A stretch of 64,000 bases of DNA from Rebecca billardiae RCC1528 (GCA_965240325.2 OZ251234.1:434001-498000), one strand, 5' to 3'. Shown: positions 1 through 10,165, numbered from the stretch's first letter. Translations and numbers: made by a program. The notes: generated by a model from the letters alone, not told the origin.

Positions 1-477
1 GATCCGAACCGGCGCGTCGCCTTCTTCGGCTCGTCCGTCTCGCCCTACTCGGACACGGGCGGCACCTTCCTGCCCGTCGCCGAGTTCGCCACGTCTGGCG
101 CCATCATCCCCTCGCCCTCGCCGCCGCCCTTCCCTCCGCCGTACATCATCCCCGAGTACGACGAGGACGAGCTCGGCGCGATCTTCGACGAGGCGAGCGG
201 CGTGCTCTACGTGGCGGGCAACGACCCGCTGCCCGACCGGTTCGGCAAGGTGGACATGCAGTTCTCGCCGCTCGTCTCGCGCGCGACGCGCGGCTCGAAG
301 GTGTACTGGGCGTTCCTGCCGTCGGAGGAGGACGGCACGCTCAGCCCGGCGCGCATCGAGCAGCTCATCGACGAGCACGAGCGCTGGAGCGCGTGGACGG
401 GCGGCAAGGACAAGTCGGTTGACATCAACGCCAAGATCACGCAGCAGGTCGAGGCCGCCCTCGCGCGCCGGCGCTGA
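1..477 (+). CDS. 3' end of unknown protein with Pro-rich linker (5' partial)
   Basis: Frame open from base 1 to TGA at 475-477, strong GC3 bias, SPSPPPFPPP linker; no recognisable domain. Confidence 0.7.
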   Translation, partial: DPNRRVAFFGSSVSPYSDTGGTFLPVAEFATSGAIIPSPSPPPFPPPYIIPEYDEDELGAIFDEASGVLYVAGNDPLPDRFGKVDMQFSPLVSRATRGSKVYWAFLPSEEDGTLSPARIEQLIDEHERWSAWTGGKDKSVDINAKITQQVEAALARRR

Positions 478-539
478 TCGCTCCCGCCGCCGCATGCCAT
501 CAAGTCCCAAGACCCCAAGGCACACCGCACACACTACCT

Positions 540-588
540 TGCACGCACACACACCACTCACACGCACACACACACATACACACACATG
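540..588. repeat. imperfect (CA)n microsatellite
   Basis: cacacac runs seen directly. Confidence 0.7.
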
Positions 589-998
589 CATAGTAGGAAA
601 CACCTGCACACGCTGCCGATGCCGGCGCGAGCTGCTGCCAGCGAGCCCGCGGACGCCGTACGTGGCACCCTTCCGCCGACGACCCTCGGCCTGGGCCGCG
701 AGCGCGAGGCTCGAGGGTCTTCGCTCCCCCGCCATTTGTGACCATGATCAAAGTTCATCCAGAGCCCGTGCCGCGCGTTCGCATGGTGAGCTGCTTCGAT
801 GAGCAGCCACGCGCCGACGGCGCGACGGCCGCGCCACACGTGGTCCTGGCGCTCGTGGCCTCGGTTGCCACGGTGCCGGCAGCGTTTGCTGACTTGCTGT
901 CGTGGCATCAGTTCATGCCGCGGCGCGACGCCGACATCCGGGCAAATGCTGTCAGTGTCACGCGTCAGGGCAACATCAGTATTAATTATAACAGAGTA

Positions 999-2615
999 TG
1001 ACCGCGTTCCGCGGTCCTTTTCCGTAGAACGAACGTAGTTCGGGGCCCGCGGTGGCGGTGCACCCTCCGTCGCAGTCGTCCCGTACACGTGTAACTAGAC
1101 TCCATCCAGCGGCGCGCCGCCCCAGCGCCGCGCCGCCGCCGGCGTGCGCCGAGTGTGGATGTCGGTCGTCGGCCGAGCTGCCCTCATCACAGACGGCCCT
1201 TACCTGACCCCCTGCGCGTGCGCGACGGCCGACAGGCGGATGCGACTCGGCGTGATCGACGCACGAGCGCGACTCTTGCACGCCAGGCCACCGGCGGAGC
1301 TGACTGACAGCCAGGGAGCCGGACGGCGCGGGACCGCGCGGATTCGACCGTTCGTTCGGGCCTGCCGCTGACCGTCGTCGCCGCGACGCCAGCAGCGCAG
1401 GAGTAGATGATCTGCAGGTCAGTAGGGTTCGACCTGCGCGCCTGCGCGACGGCCGACAGGCGGGCGCGAGGCGTGAGCGACGCATGAGCGCGACTCTACG
1501 TGCACACCAGGCACCACGCGGCCGAGCTGACTGACCGCGAGCCAGGGAGCACGGTGCGAGCAGCCATGCAGCACCGGTGCTTGCGCGCGCCGCGCGTGCA
1601 CGGGGTGACACACCTCGGTCAGGCTCGGCACGCGTCGCAGAGGCACGGCCAGCTCTGGGCACGCCAGGCGCCCAGGCCACGCGGAGCTGACAGCCACGGG
1701 GAGCCGACGGCGCGCGGGGCCGCGGCCAGTTCCGAGTTCGACTTGCGCCTGCTCTGAAGAAGAGTTCTGGGAGACCCTGGCGGAGAGGCATGGCAAGGGG
1801 GGCGTGTGGTGAAGTCGGAGACTCAGAGATCGATCAGTCCGGCATCATGCGCCGCTGCCCCCGAGCTTGCGAGAGCCCGAACACAGGGCGGCGGCTGCGG
1901 CGGCGGCGGCGCGGCCGCGCGCCGGCCGGCCGCGCAGGCATCGACAGGGCGCGGCAGGGGCGTGCGGAGTGACTAGTGAGCGGGCACGAACGCGATGTCG
2001 ACGGCCGTCGGGACCCGCCGCAGACGCGCGCTCCAGGCGCCACTCGGCACTTGCCACGCGCACCTGCCCATCGAGCGCCCCCTTGCGGACCAACCAAGAG
2101 TCGTCGAGGCTCGCTCGCCACCCCAGCAGAAGAAACCTGCACAGCACGTCGTCCTTGCGACGACGGCAGGTTTTGAGCTCGCCAGCTCGGTAAGTCAGTG
2201 ACTATGGAATGGGCTGGCAACGAATAGCTGCGCGGGTATTTTCAATAAGGCTTGCGGGTTTTAGACTCTAGATACCAACCGCCGCGAAGCCAAGTTCATA
2301 TTCATCAAGGCGGAGGCAAACTATCACACATGAACGAGAGTCTACCCACAAAATCGCGCTCGTAACGAACCGTTACGTTAATGTCACGTCCAGCTGACGT
2401 CCAGATCGCACTTTACTTAAGGGAATGAGCTGGGCGCGGTTATTTTCGGCCTAATAGACCTCTCTATGCGATCTCAAAAACTCGAAACTCGGTCTCCGCC
2501 AGCCCTAAAAATCGCCCCCCGTCCCTTTTTTCTTGATCAAAGATCTTTTTGAAACGTGGTTCGGGCCCGCTGGTGCGGGCTCCACGCTGCGCGCTCCGCC
2601 CTGCACCGCGGGCCA
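999..2615. mobile_element. copy 1 of unclassified TA-adjacent, TSD-less non-autonomous element (Helentron/Helitron2-like architecture)
   Basis: Begins TGACCGCGTTCCGCGGTCC (hairpin), ends GCACCGCGGGCCA; ~260-bp right arm (2357-2615) shared with copies at 35190-35445, 35527-35788 (inverted) and 37739-38021; internal degenerate tandem repeats at ~1210-1730. Confidence 0.8.
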
Positions 2616-2920
2616 TGACGTCCAGTGAAGTCTCATGCATAGCCTAATCACGCGGCGCTGTGTTGATCTGCGGCGCTGCTGCGGCGGCACTCTGAGTCGA
2701 TCCTGCTCAGAGTGACAGAGACTAATTCTATGATTTAAAGACACAGGTACGAGGGCGCAGCTCTCCTGATTCGTCTGTAGTGGTACTGGTCGAAGCTTGC
2801 AGCAGTGGCAGTGGTGTGAGCGCGTTGATGTTGGTCCCCATGGCGGACTGCGCAGAGTCGTCAGCCAGTCCTCAATAAAAAAATCCTCGCTCGCGAATGA
2901 AAATGGAAAAAAGAAAAGAA

Positions 2921-2978
2921 AACCGCCTACAGTTTATACTAAGAATAAGAGACGCACACAGCTCAGGCAGGCGAGATT
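2921..2978 (+). promoter_or_regulatory. dispersed ~55-bp motif upstream of FGGY-RPE (second copy at 30832-30901)
   Basis: AATAAGAGACGCACACAGCTCAGRCAGGCGAGATT present in both places; function unknown, could be a TE remnant. Confidence 0.4.
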
Positions 2979-3013
2979 ACTCGCGATTTCACGCGATCTC
3001 GTGATTGCCGACG

Positions 3014-5596
3014 ATGGCGCGCATCATGCGTCCGCTTGGCGCGCTCGCGCTCGCGCTCGCGCTCGCGCTCGCGTCGCTGAGCGCCGCCGAGGCTGGGTCG
3101 GGGGCGCCCGCCGCGGCGGGTGGTCGCTCTGCCGACCCGCCGACCGTCGTCGTCGCCGTCGACGTGGGCACGGAGTCGCTGCGCGCGGCCGTTGTCGACG
3201 CGCAAGGCCACGTGCTCTCGACCGCGTCCGCGCCGCACGAGACGAGCTTCCCCGCGCCAGGCCACGCGGAGCAATCGCCCGAGGCGTGGTGGTCGGGTCT
3301 TGGGACTGCCGTTCGCCGTGCCGTGGAGGCCTCGGGCGTGCCCGCCGCGCACGTCCGCGCGATGTGCGTCGCGACCACGAGCTGCACGGTGCTGGCGTGC
3401 GACGCCGACATGCGGCCGCTGCGCCCCGCGCTGCTCTGGATGGACGCGCGCTCGAGCGAGCAGGCGGCGAGCATCCTGAAGGAGGGGCGGGGCGATCCCG
3501 CGCTCGACGTGAACTCCGCCGGCCGCGGCCCGCTCTCCGCCGAGTGGATGCTGCCCAAGGCCGCGTGGCTGAAGGCGCACGAGCCTGAGCTGTGGGCGCG
3601 CGCCGCGGTCGTGTGCGAGTGCCAGGACTGGCTGCAGTACCGGCTGACGGGCGAGGTGGCCGCGGGCGGGTGCAACGTGGTGACCCGGTGGCACTGCGAC
3701 GGCCGCGCCGCCGTGGCCCCCGCGCCGCCCGGCCAGCCCTTCGGCGGCCGCCCCAGCTCGCTGCTGCGGGCCGTCGGCCTGTCGGAGCTCGAGCACAAGT
3801 GGCCGCGCCGCTGCGTCGCGCTCGGCGATGACGCGGGCGGGCTGACGGCGGAGGCGGCGGCGCACGTGGGGCTGCCGCCGGGGACGAGGGTGGCGCAGGG
3901 TGGCGCCGATGCGTTCGTCGCGCTCATCGGCCTCGGCGCCGCCACGACGCCCGGCGCCGTCGGCGTCGTCACCGGCTCATCCCACCTCCACCTAGCAGCG
4001 GCGCCGCTGCCGGCCGGCGCGCAGCCGACGCGCGCGCCGGGCGTGTGGGGCGGGTACGCGGGGGCGCCGCTGCCCCACCTGGCGATGGTGGAGGGCGGGC
4101 AGTCGTCGACCGGCGCGCTCCTGCAGTGGGCGCGCCGCCTCATCTCAGGCACCGCCGGCCTCGACCCCGACAGCGCAGGCGCGGAGGCCGGCTGCCTCGC
4201 GCCGTTTTCACAGCTGGATGGGGCCGCGGCGGCACTGCCGGTGGGAGCGGAGGGGCTGGTCGCGCTGGAGACGCTGCAGGGCGCGCGCACGCCCACGACG
4301 GACGCGGACGCGCGCGGCGCGCTGCTCGGCCTCTCGCTCGCGCACTCCAAGGCGCACGTCTGGCGCGCGTGCTGCGAGGCCGTCTGCCTCGGCACGCGCG
4401 CGTGCGTCGACGCGCTCGCGCGCGCGACCGGCGCGCGCCCCTCGGTCCTGCTGCTGGCTGGCGGCGCGACCCGCTCCGACTTCTGGCTGCAGATGCACGC
4501 GGACGCGACGGGGCTGCCCGTGTGCGTGGGCGAGTGCGCGGACGCGCCGCTGCTCGGCAGCGCCGTGCTGGCGGTCGCGCTCGCGCGGCGGCACGCGCAC
4601 GCGCCGCGCCGCGCCGACGGCGGCGCCGCCGGCGCCGCGGCCGAGCGCGAGGCTTCCATCGTGGCCGCGGTGCGCGACATGGTGCGGCCGGCGCGAACCA
4701 TCGAGCCCACGCCCGAGGCGGCGCGGGCGTACGACGCGCTGTACGCGCGCGTGTACTCGCACATCGCGCCGACCATCGCGCCGCTCAGCCACCGGCTCGT
4801 GCGCCCGCCCACCGAGCGCACGGTGCAGCTGCTCGCGCGCGCCGGCCGCGCCGCCGCGGGCCGCACGCCCGCGCTGCCCTCGGGCCGCGCCGCCGTCGTC
4901 GCGCCGTCCGTGCTGGCAGCCGACGGCGGCGAGCTGGCCGCGGCCGCGCGCGACGCGGCGGCGACGCGCGCCGCTTGGCTGCACGTCGACGTGTGCGACG
5001 GCTCGGACGTGTGCTCCGGCGCTCTCTCCTCCCTCGGCCCAGAGAGCGTGCGCGCGCTGCGCGAGGCGGCGGGCCCGGAGCTGTCCCTCGACGTGCACCT
5101 CTGCTGCGCGCAGCCGCTGCGGCACGTGCGAGCGATCGCGGACGCGGGCGCGAGCCGAATCACCTTCCAGTGGGAGGCGGTGCCGAGCCACGAGGAGGCG
5201 GCGGCGGTCGCCCGCGCGATCGCCGACGTGGGCTGCGAGGCCGCTGTCAGCCTCGCGCCCGACACGCCCGCCGCCGCCGTGCGCTCGCTCGTCGACGCGG
5301 GGCTCGTGTCGAGCGTGAACGTGCTCGCCGTGCGGCCGGGCATTGGCGGGCAGCAGCACCAGCCAGAGGTGCTCGCAAAGATACGCGCGCTACGCGACGC
5401 GCACCCCGGACTCGCGTGGCTCATCACCGACGGCGGCGTCACCGCGGCGAACGCTCCCGCCGCGTGCCGCGCCGGCGCCAACGTGCTGATCGCCGGCACG
5501 CACCTGTACGGCAGGCCGGGCGACCGACCCGCCTTTGACGAGTTTGCCGCGCGCGTCGACGAGCTGCTCGGCGCTCTGCTCGAGCACGCCGAGTAG
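3014..5596 (+). CDS. FGGY-family pentulose kinase fused to ribulose-phosphate 3-epimerase, with N-terminal signal peptide
   Basis: AVDVGTESLRA, EQSPEAWW, LLWMDAR, GGADA, GARTP, LAGGATRS (FGGY); APSVLAAD, LHVDVCDG, LDVHL, PGIGGQ, ITDGG (RPE); hydrophobic N-terminus; first ATG at 3014. Confidence 0.9.
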   Translation: MARIMRPLGALALALALALASLSAAEAGSGAPAAAGGRSADPPTVVVAVDVGTESLRAAVVDAQGHVLSTASAPHETSFPAPGHAEQSPEAWWSGLGTAVRRAVEASGVPAAHVRAMCVATTSCTVLACDADMRPLRPALLWMDARSSEQAASILKEGRGDPALDVNSAGRGPLSAEWMLPKAAWLKAHEPELWARAAVVCECQDWLQYRLTGEVAAGGCNVVTRWHCDGRAAVAPAPPGQPFGGRPSSLLRAVGLSELEHKWPRRCVALGDDAGGLTAEAAAHVGLPPGTRVAQGGADAFVALIGLGAATTPGAVGVVTGSSHLHLAAAPLPAGAQPTRAPGVWGGYAGAPLPHLAMVEGGQSSTGALLQWARRLISGTAGLDPDSAGAEAGCLAPFSQLDGAAAALPVGAEGLVALETLQGARTPTTDADARGALLGLSLAHSKAHVWRACCEAVCLGTRACVDALARATGARPSVLLLAGGATRSDFWLQMHADATGLPVCVGECADAPLLGSAVLAVALARRHAHAPRRADGGAAGAAAEREASIVAAVRDMVRPARTIEPTPEAARAYDALYARVYSHIAPTIAPLSHRLVRPPTERTVQLLARAGRAAAGRTPALPSGRAAVVAPSVLAADGGELAAAARDAAATRAAWLHVDVCDGSDVCSGALSSLGPESVRALREAAGPELSLDVHLCCAQPLRHVRAIADAGASRITFQWEAVPSHEEAAAVARAIADVGCEAAVSLAPDTPAAAVRSLVDAGLVSSVNVLAVRPGIGGQQHQPEVLAKIRALRDAHPGLAWLITDGGVTAANAPAACRAGANVLIAGTHLYGRPGDRPAFDEFAARVDELLGALLEHAE

Positions 5597-5691
5597 TCGT
5601 AGCACCACGGCCAACGGCAGCAGTGCCTGTGTCCGTAGTTGGCGGCGCTTTTCGCCCGGTACCGCCGCGGCGGGGAGTGCGTATACGTAGT

Positions 5692-5727
5692 ATTTGCCCA
5701 CAGTCAGTTAAGACCATCAGTTGCCAT
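5692..5727. repeat. B2 split direct repeat
   Basis: ATTTGCCCACAGTCAGTTAAGACCATCAGTTGCCAT, identical to 6163-6198. Confidence 0.9.
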
Positions 5728-5849
5728 AACTCATAAGCTACGCTCTTTTTAAAAGCAGTGTACGCCCTCCCAGTGGGAGGTATGGCCCCGGCACGCGGGC
5801 TATTCCCGCGTGCGCACACAGACCCAACAGAGGGGTGGGAGAGGCCGGG

Positions 5850-6163
5850 TGACGCGTGTGGATCCTCACAGGAGCCACACGAGTCAACAGAGTGGGGAGG
5901 TGACCAAGTTTTGGCCCCCTCCTCGGGCGGAGCACGAGCGCGCCGCGCCGTTGGCGACGGCACGCGCCGCGCCGGTGCACCGGCGCGCGTAATAGCAGCG
6001 CGCTCCGTCGAGCACTCGCGACGAAGCAGCCGGCGCGCGGCGCAGCGGGCTGGCCGATGGCGGCGGCGGCCATGCATGAACCTCGGCCGCCATCGGGAAA
6101 CCCGTGCTCACCGCCCGGACCACGATGACGATGCAAACCCATGGAACAGTGAGTGACAGAGCA
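5850..6163. repeat. A2 split direct repeat
   Basis: Matches 10262-10575; no differences seen by eye. Confidence 0.92.
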
Positions 6164-6187
6164 TTTGCCCACAGTCAGTTAAGACCA

Positions 6188-7290
6188 TCAGTTGCCATGA
6201 AGAAGAGACCTCGGGGGCGGCGCCGGTGCCAGCCAGCCGAAGAGCCGCCAGCACGCGTCGTCAGCGATGCACGTCGGGTCGATGTAGTCGTGCACCGCAG
6301 CCGAGCGGATCGACCAGCCACCCATGTGGCAGATCTTGTCGAGCACAACATTGATCGCGCTCGACGCGCTCGCCGCGCCCTTGCGCGCCGAGTGAGACGT
6401 CCACTTCTGCCCCAGCGGCGCGCGTGCCCCGAGGTGGTGCAGGACGAGCTGCAGCCACTCGTCCAGCACGGGAGCGCGGAAGCGGCGCCCGCGCTCCCAC
6501 GGCAGCGCAAAGTAGCTCGCGCCGGGAGCCGCCGGCCCGCGCAAGCGCTCCCACTTGCGCAGCAGGCGCTGCACGTCCGGCAGCGCGCCCTCCGGAATGC
6601 GGATCACGCGCGAGTGCCGCCGGTGCGAGCGCCCCTTCTCGCGCACGTTGACGAGCGCGATGCCGCCGTGCTGCGTGTCGATGTCGGAGCAGCGCAGCGC
6701 GGCGCCCGTGTCCGAGCGCGCGAACCAGACGAAGTTGAGCACCACCGCGACCGCAGCGCGGAAAAGCTGCGCAGGCCGCGGATCGCGCGCGGAGACGCGC
6801 ACGCGCGCACCCAGCGCCCAGTCGAGCGCCTCGGAGACGACGCGCGCCGGGAGGTACACCCGCTCTGCGGCGCGGCCGCCCTGCAGCTGCCGATTGGCGA
6901 GGCCCCGCCGAAAGCGGGTCACCGCCGGGCCGATCGCGGGCCGCTCGAGCAGCAAGTCGCGATGCACCGCGTTGATCGCGGAGAGGTACGGCTGCAGGCT
7001 GTCCGCCGCGACCGTGCCGCGCGCGCCAATGTGCGCGAGGTAGCGCAGCACCGTCGCCGTCGAGGCAGGCAGCGCCGCAGGCGAGTCCGCCTGCGATGCG
7101 CACCACGCATCAAAGGCCGCCCAGTGACGGCCGTATGCGCGAGCCGAGCTGGACTGCAGGCTGGACGCGAGCGTGTCCAGCACGAACGCCGTTTGCGGCG
7201 TGTCGCCCAGCTGCGCCGCCCACGCGCGAGCGGCCGCCGTCGCCCAAGGCACGCGCGGGGCAGGCCCCGCCACGTGCGGCGGGGTCACCC
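6188..7290 (-). CDS. tyrosine recombinase (integrase) of the retrotransposon; true start uncertain, frame overlaps the RT ORF
   Basis: SAM-like N-domain (SARAYGRHWAAFDAWC...YLSAINAVH); catalytic R (WFARSD), K (REKGR), HxxR (HSARK), W (GGWS), Y (HDYID); C-terminal part of ORF 6188..9256. Confidence 0.88.
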
Positions 7291-10092
7291 GCGCCGCCGC
7301 AAGCGGAACACCGCGAGCGGCGCGAGGTGCGTCGCCCGCATGACCCGCGGCGACGCCGCCGGGTGCACGTCCACCGAGCTGCTGGCCGGCAGCAGCACGA
7401 GATCGGCAGCGAGCTCGAAGAGGCGCTGAAACCAGCTTTGCGCGGGCCAGTACGGCGCGACCACCGTCGCGTCGGGGCGCTGCTCCTCGAGCAGCTGCGC
7501 GACCTGGTCGAGCAGCCGCGTCGGCGGGAAGACGTAATTGTTCTCGCCGCGCCAATCGCGCGAGAAGGCGTTCACCGCCTCGACCGCGCCGCCCGCCGGA
7601 GTCAGCGCGTTGCAGCGCGCGAGCAGCCGATTGTCCGGCGCCGCGAAGCGATCGATCGTGTGCGGCCCCCAGCGGCGCTCGAGCGCCGCAAAGGCCGCCG
7701 GGCGCAGCGACGTCTCGTCCTCCGCGCGCAGCCGGCTGAGCGAGTCCGCCCCGACGTTGTCCTCGGAGCGGATGTACTCGACCCGCAGGTCGATGCCCTC
7801 CGAGTCGAGTAGCCACCAGACGCGGCGCAGCAGCCGCATCAACTCGCGCGAGCGCGACGTGCCCGCCGTGAGGATCTGCCGCACCGCCTGGTTGTCCTCC
7901 CATAGGAGGACGGCGCGCCCACGCAGGCGCGAGATGAACGCGTCGAGCGAGCGCTGTACCGCGAGAAGCTCGAGGTACGTGATGTGGTGGCCTCGCTCGC
8001 GCGGCGTCCAAAACCCGTGTGCTGGCACTGTCTCCTCCAGCATGCCGCCCCAGCCGCGGCGGCTCGCGTCGCAGTGCAAGGTGACCTCGGCCGGCGAGCG
8101 CCAGATCGCCCGGCTCACCGCCGCGGTGGGCAACGCCGCCCACCAGCGGAGGTCGCGCAGCGCCTGCCGCGTGAGCCGCACGAGCGAGCCCCACGACGCG
8201 CGGGACGCGATGACCGTGTGCAGCTCGCGCAGGTAGAAGCGCGCGGCCGGGCACGCGAGGTGCACCGACTGAGCGCGGCCCACCAGGCAGGACAGCTGGA
8301 TCGCCGAGACGAGCCGGCGGCGGCTCGCGGCGACGCAGAGCAGCTCGCGAGCCTGGGCTGCGATCTGCTGCTGCTTGCGCGGCGGCACGAGGAAGAGGCC
8401 GCGCGCGGTGTCCACCTCGATGCCGAGGTGCTCGAGCCGCTGCGTCGGCTCCCAGAAGCCCTTGTCCGGATGGCGGACAAGGCCGAGCCGGTCGAGCATC
8501 TGCTGGACGAAGCGCCGACACGCGAGGCAGCTGTCGCGGGAGGGGGCGACGATGCGGAAGTCGTCCACGTACGGCAGCACCCGCATCCCGCGCGCCGCCG
8601 GGTCGCGCCGTCGGACGCGCCGCAGCAGCGCGCGCGCCGCCGCGCTCAGCGCGCCCGCGCGCTGAGCCACGCGCGGCGCCGCGCGCGGCGCGCGCAGCTG
8701 CTGCACCATCACGCGCATCACCTTGGTGAAGACGTATGGGCTGAGGTTCCAGCCGAAGGGCAGCGCCGCGCACTGGAAGTAGCGCGGCGCGCCGTCGGGC
8801 CCCGGCAGGCTGAACGTGAAGTAGCGCCGGTGCTCGGGATGGATCCCGATGGCGTGGTATCCATCCTGCAGATCGAAGGATAGCATCCAATCGCCTCGAC
8901 GCGCGAGCCGCTGCAGCCGCCGGAGGGACTCGTAGCGGCAGCTGGCCGGCGCGCACCACTCGTTCAGCGCGCGGAGGTCGACCACCAGGCGCCACTTGGG
9001 TGGCGCCCCGGGCGGGGTGGGCTTGGGCACGAGGAAGGCCCGGCTCACGTGTGAGCGGCACTCCGCCGGCTCCCACGCGCCCGTCGCCAGGCAGCGCGCG
9101 GTCTCCTGCTCGAGGAAAGCGAGCTGCTCGGGCGTCGCGTCCGTCAGGCTCTCGCCCAAGTGGAAGGGCGGAGGCGGCCGCCCGCGAAGCCACGGGCAGC
9201 GCACGCCCTCGCGCAGCCATCGCAGCACGCGCGGGGACGCGCCGGCACGCTGCCATTCGGCCAGCTGCCGGCGGACGCGGTGGCGCAGCTTGGGCGAGCT
9301 GCGCACGGCCGGCGGCAGCGTCGGGGCGCGCCGCGCCGGCGGGGATGACGAGTCGCCACCGTGGGCGAGCTGCGGCCCGCCCATGCGGGCGGGCCAGGAG
9401 CCGGCCCCCGACAACGGGGGCCGGCTCCGCCGGTCGGGCGGGCGCGATGTCGCGTCCGCCTCGCGCGCCCGGAAGGCCGGGCGCGGAGTCGGCGACCGGC
9501 CGCGCGCGCGCGCGCTCCCAAGTGGGGAGTCGCCCGCGCGCGCGCGCGGCCGGTGGCGAGGGGGCGGCGCCGGCCCGGCGTCGCGCCCCAGTGGGCGCGC
9601 ACGTCGGGGCAGCGGGGGAGGCGGCGGCGATCGATCGCCACCGCCACCCCCGCCACCGCGCCGCGCCGGCGGGCCCCCTCGCCGCGCCTCACTTGCGAGA
9701 GGCGCGCTGCGCGCCGGCGGCAGCGCCCCTGCCGCCGCCGCCGGCCCCACGGCCCGAGCCGCCGCCGCCGCCGCCGCCACCGCGGCCGCGGAGGCCGGAG
9801 CCGCGACCCGCGCCGCCGCCGCCGTGGCGGCCGCCGCCGCCGCCGAGCTCCGAGTGCGCGCCCGTGTCCGAGCCACCATCGGCCTCGACGTCGTCGTCGT
9901 CGCACGCCGCGGCCGAGCCCGCAGCGCGCGCCGCAGCGCGCGCCGTGGAGCGCGGAGGAGCGCCGGAGACGCCGCCGCGCGCGGCGTCGCCGGTCTCGGC
10001 GTTGGTCTTGGGGCCGGTGCCCAGGCGCGCGCTCCGGCGCGCCTGGCCCGCGGGTGGCACGCGCGCGTCCGTCGTCGCGCGCGCGCCGGCAA
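7285..10092 (-). CDS. reverse transcriptase-RNase H-adenine methyltransferase-like polyprotein
   Basis: FLVPK, WRLVVDLRALN, FDLQDGYH, LPFGWNLSP, YVDD (RT); CDAS, HITYLELLAV, EDNQAV, DNVGADSLSR (RNase H); DRFA and YVFPP (DIRS-type MT). Confidence 0.92.
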   Translation of the reverse strand: MPARARRRTRACHPRARRAGARAWAPAPRPTPRPATPRAAASPALLRAPRRALRRALRARPRRATTTTSRPMVARTRARTRSSAAAAAATAAAARVAAPASAAAVAAAAAAARAVGPAAAAGALPPARSAPLASEARRGGPPARRGGGGGGGDRSPPPPPLPRRARPLGRDAGPAPPPRHRPRARAGDSPLGSARARGRSPTPRPAFRAREADATSRPPDRRSRPPLSGAGSWPARMGGPQLAHGGDSSSPPARRAPTLPPAVRSSPKLRHRVRRQLAEWQRAGASPRVLRWLREGVRCPWLRGRPPPPFHLGESLTDATPEQLAFLEQETARCLATGAWEPAECRSHVSRAFLVPKPTPPGAPPKWRLVVDLRALNEWCAPASCRYESLRRLQRLARRGDWMLSFDLQDGYHAIGIHPEHRRYFTFSLPGPDGAPRYFQCAALPFGWNLSPYVFTKVMRVMVQQLRAPRAAPRVAQRAGALSAAARALLRRVRRRDPAARGMRVLPYVDDFRIVAPSRDSCLACRRFVQQMLDRLGLVRHPDKGFWEPTQRLEHLGIEVDTARGLFLVPPRKQQQIAAQARELLCVAASRRRLVSAIQLSCLVGRAQSVHLACPAARFYLRELHTVIASRASWGSLVRLTRQALRDLRWWAALPTAAVSRAIWRSPAEVTLHCDASRRGWGGMLEETVPAHGFWTPRERGHHITYLELLAVQRSLDAFISRLRGRAVLLWEDNQAVRQILTAGTSRSRELMRLLRRVWWLLDSEGIDLRVEYIRSEDNVGADSLSRLRAEDETSLRPAAFAALERRWGPHTIDRFAAPDNRLLARCNALTPAGGAVEAVNAFSRDWRGENNYVFPPTRLLDQVAQLLEEQRPDATVVAPYWPAQSWFQRLFELAADLVLLPASSSVDVHPAASPRVMRATHLAPLAVFRLRRRG

Positions 10093-10165
10093 TCATTTCC
10101 TCCTGGTTCTCGCCGCGCTCGTCGCCAGCGGCAGGAGTAGGAGGGGTGGTGCGCTTGGCGCACAT
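9689..10165 (-). CDS. short Gly/Arg-rich ORF1 in the gag position
   Basis: ATG just after A1, RGG-rich, overlaps the RT frame; positional call only. Confidence 0.4.
   Translation of the reverse strand: MCAKRTTPPTPAAGDERGENQEEMIAGARATTDARVPPAGQARRSARLGTGPKTNAETGDAARGGVSGAPPRSTARAAARAAGSAAACDDDDVEADGGSDTGAHSELGGGGGRHGGGGAGRGSGLRGRGGGGGGGGSGRGAGGGGRGAAAGAQRASRK

Noticed and set aside
738-1001. 87-aa ORF before element copy 1
   Set aside because: No motif; runs into AT-rich DNA and the element end
2989-5499. 836-aa antisense ORF and other long overlapping ORFs (e.g. 11179-13371, 47782-50622, 53116-56277)
   Set aside because: Shadow frames of real genes in extreme-GC DNA; Ala/Arg-rich with no motifs
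7290-9256. N-terminal two-thirds of the 1022-aa YR-frame ORF as a real protein domain
   Set aside because: Overlaps the RT/RH frame and is low-complexity; only the C-terminal ~365 aa look like a recombinase
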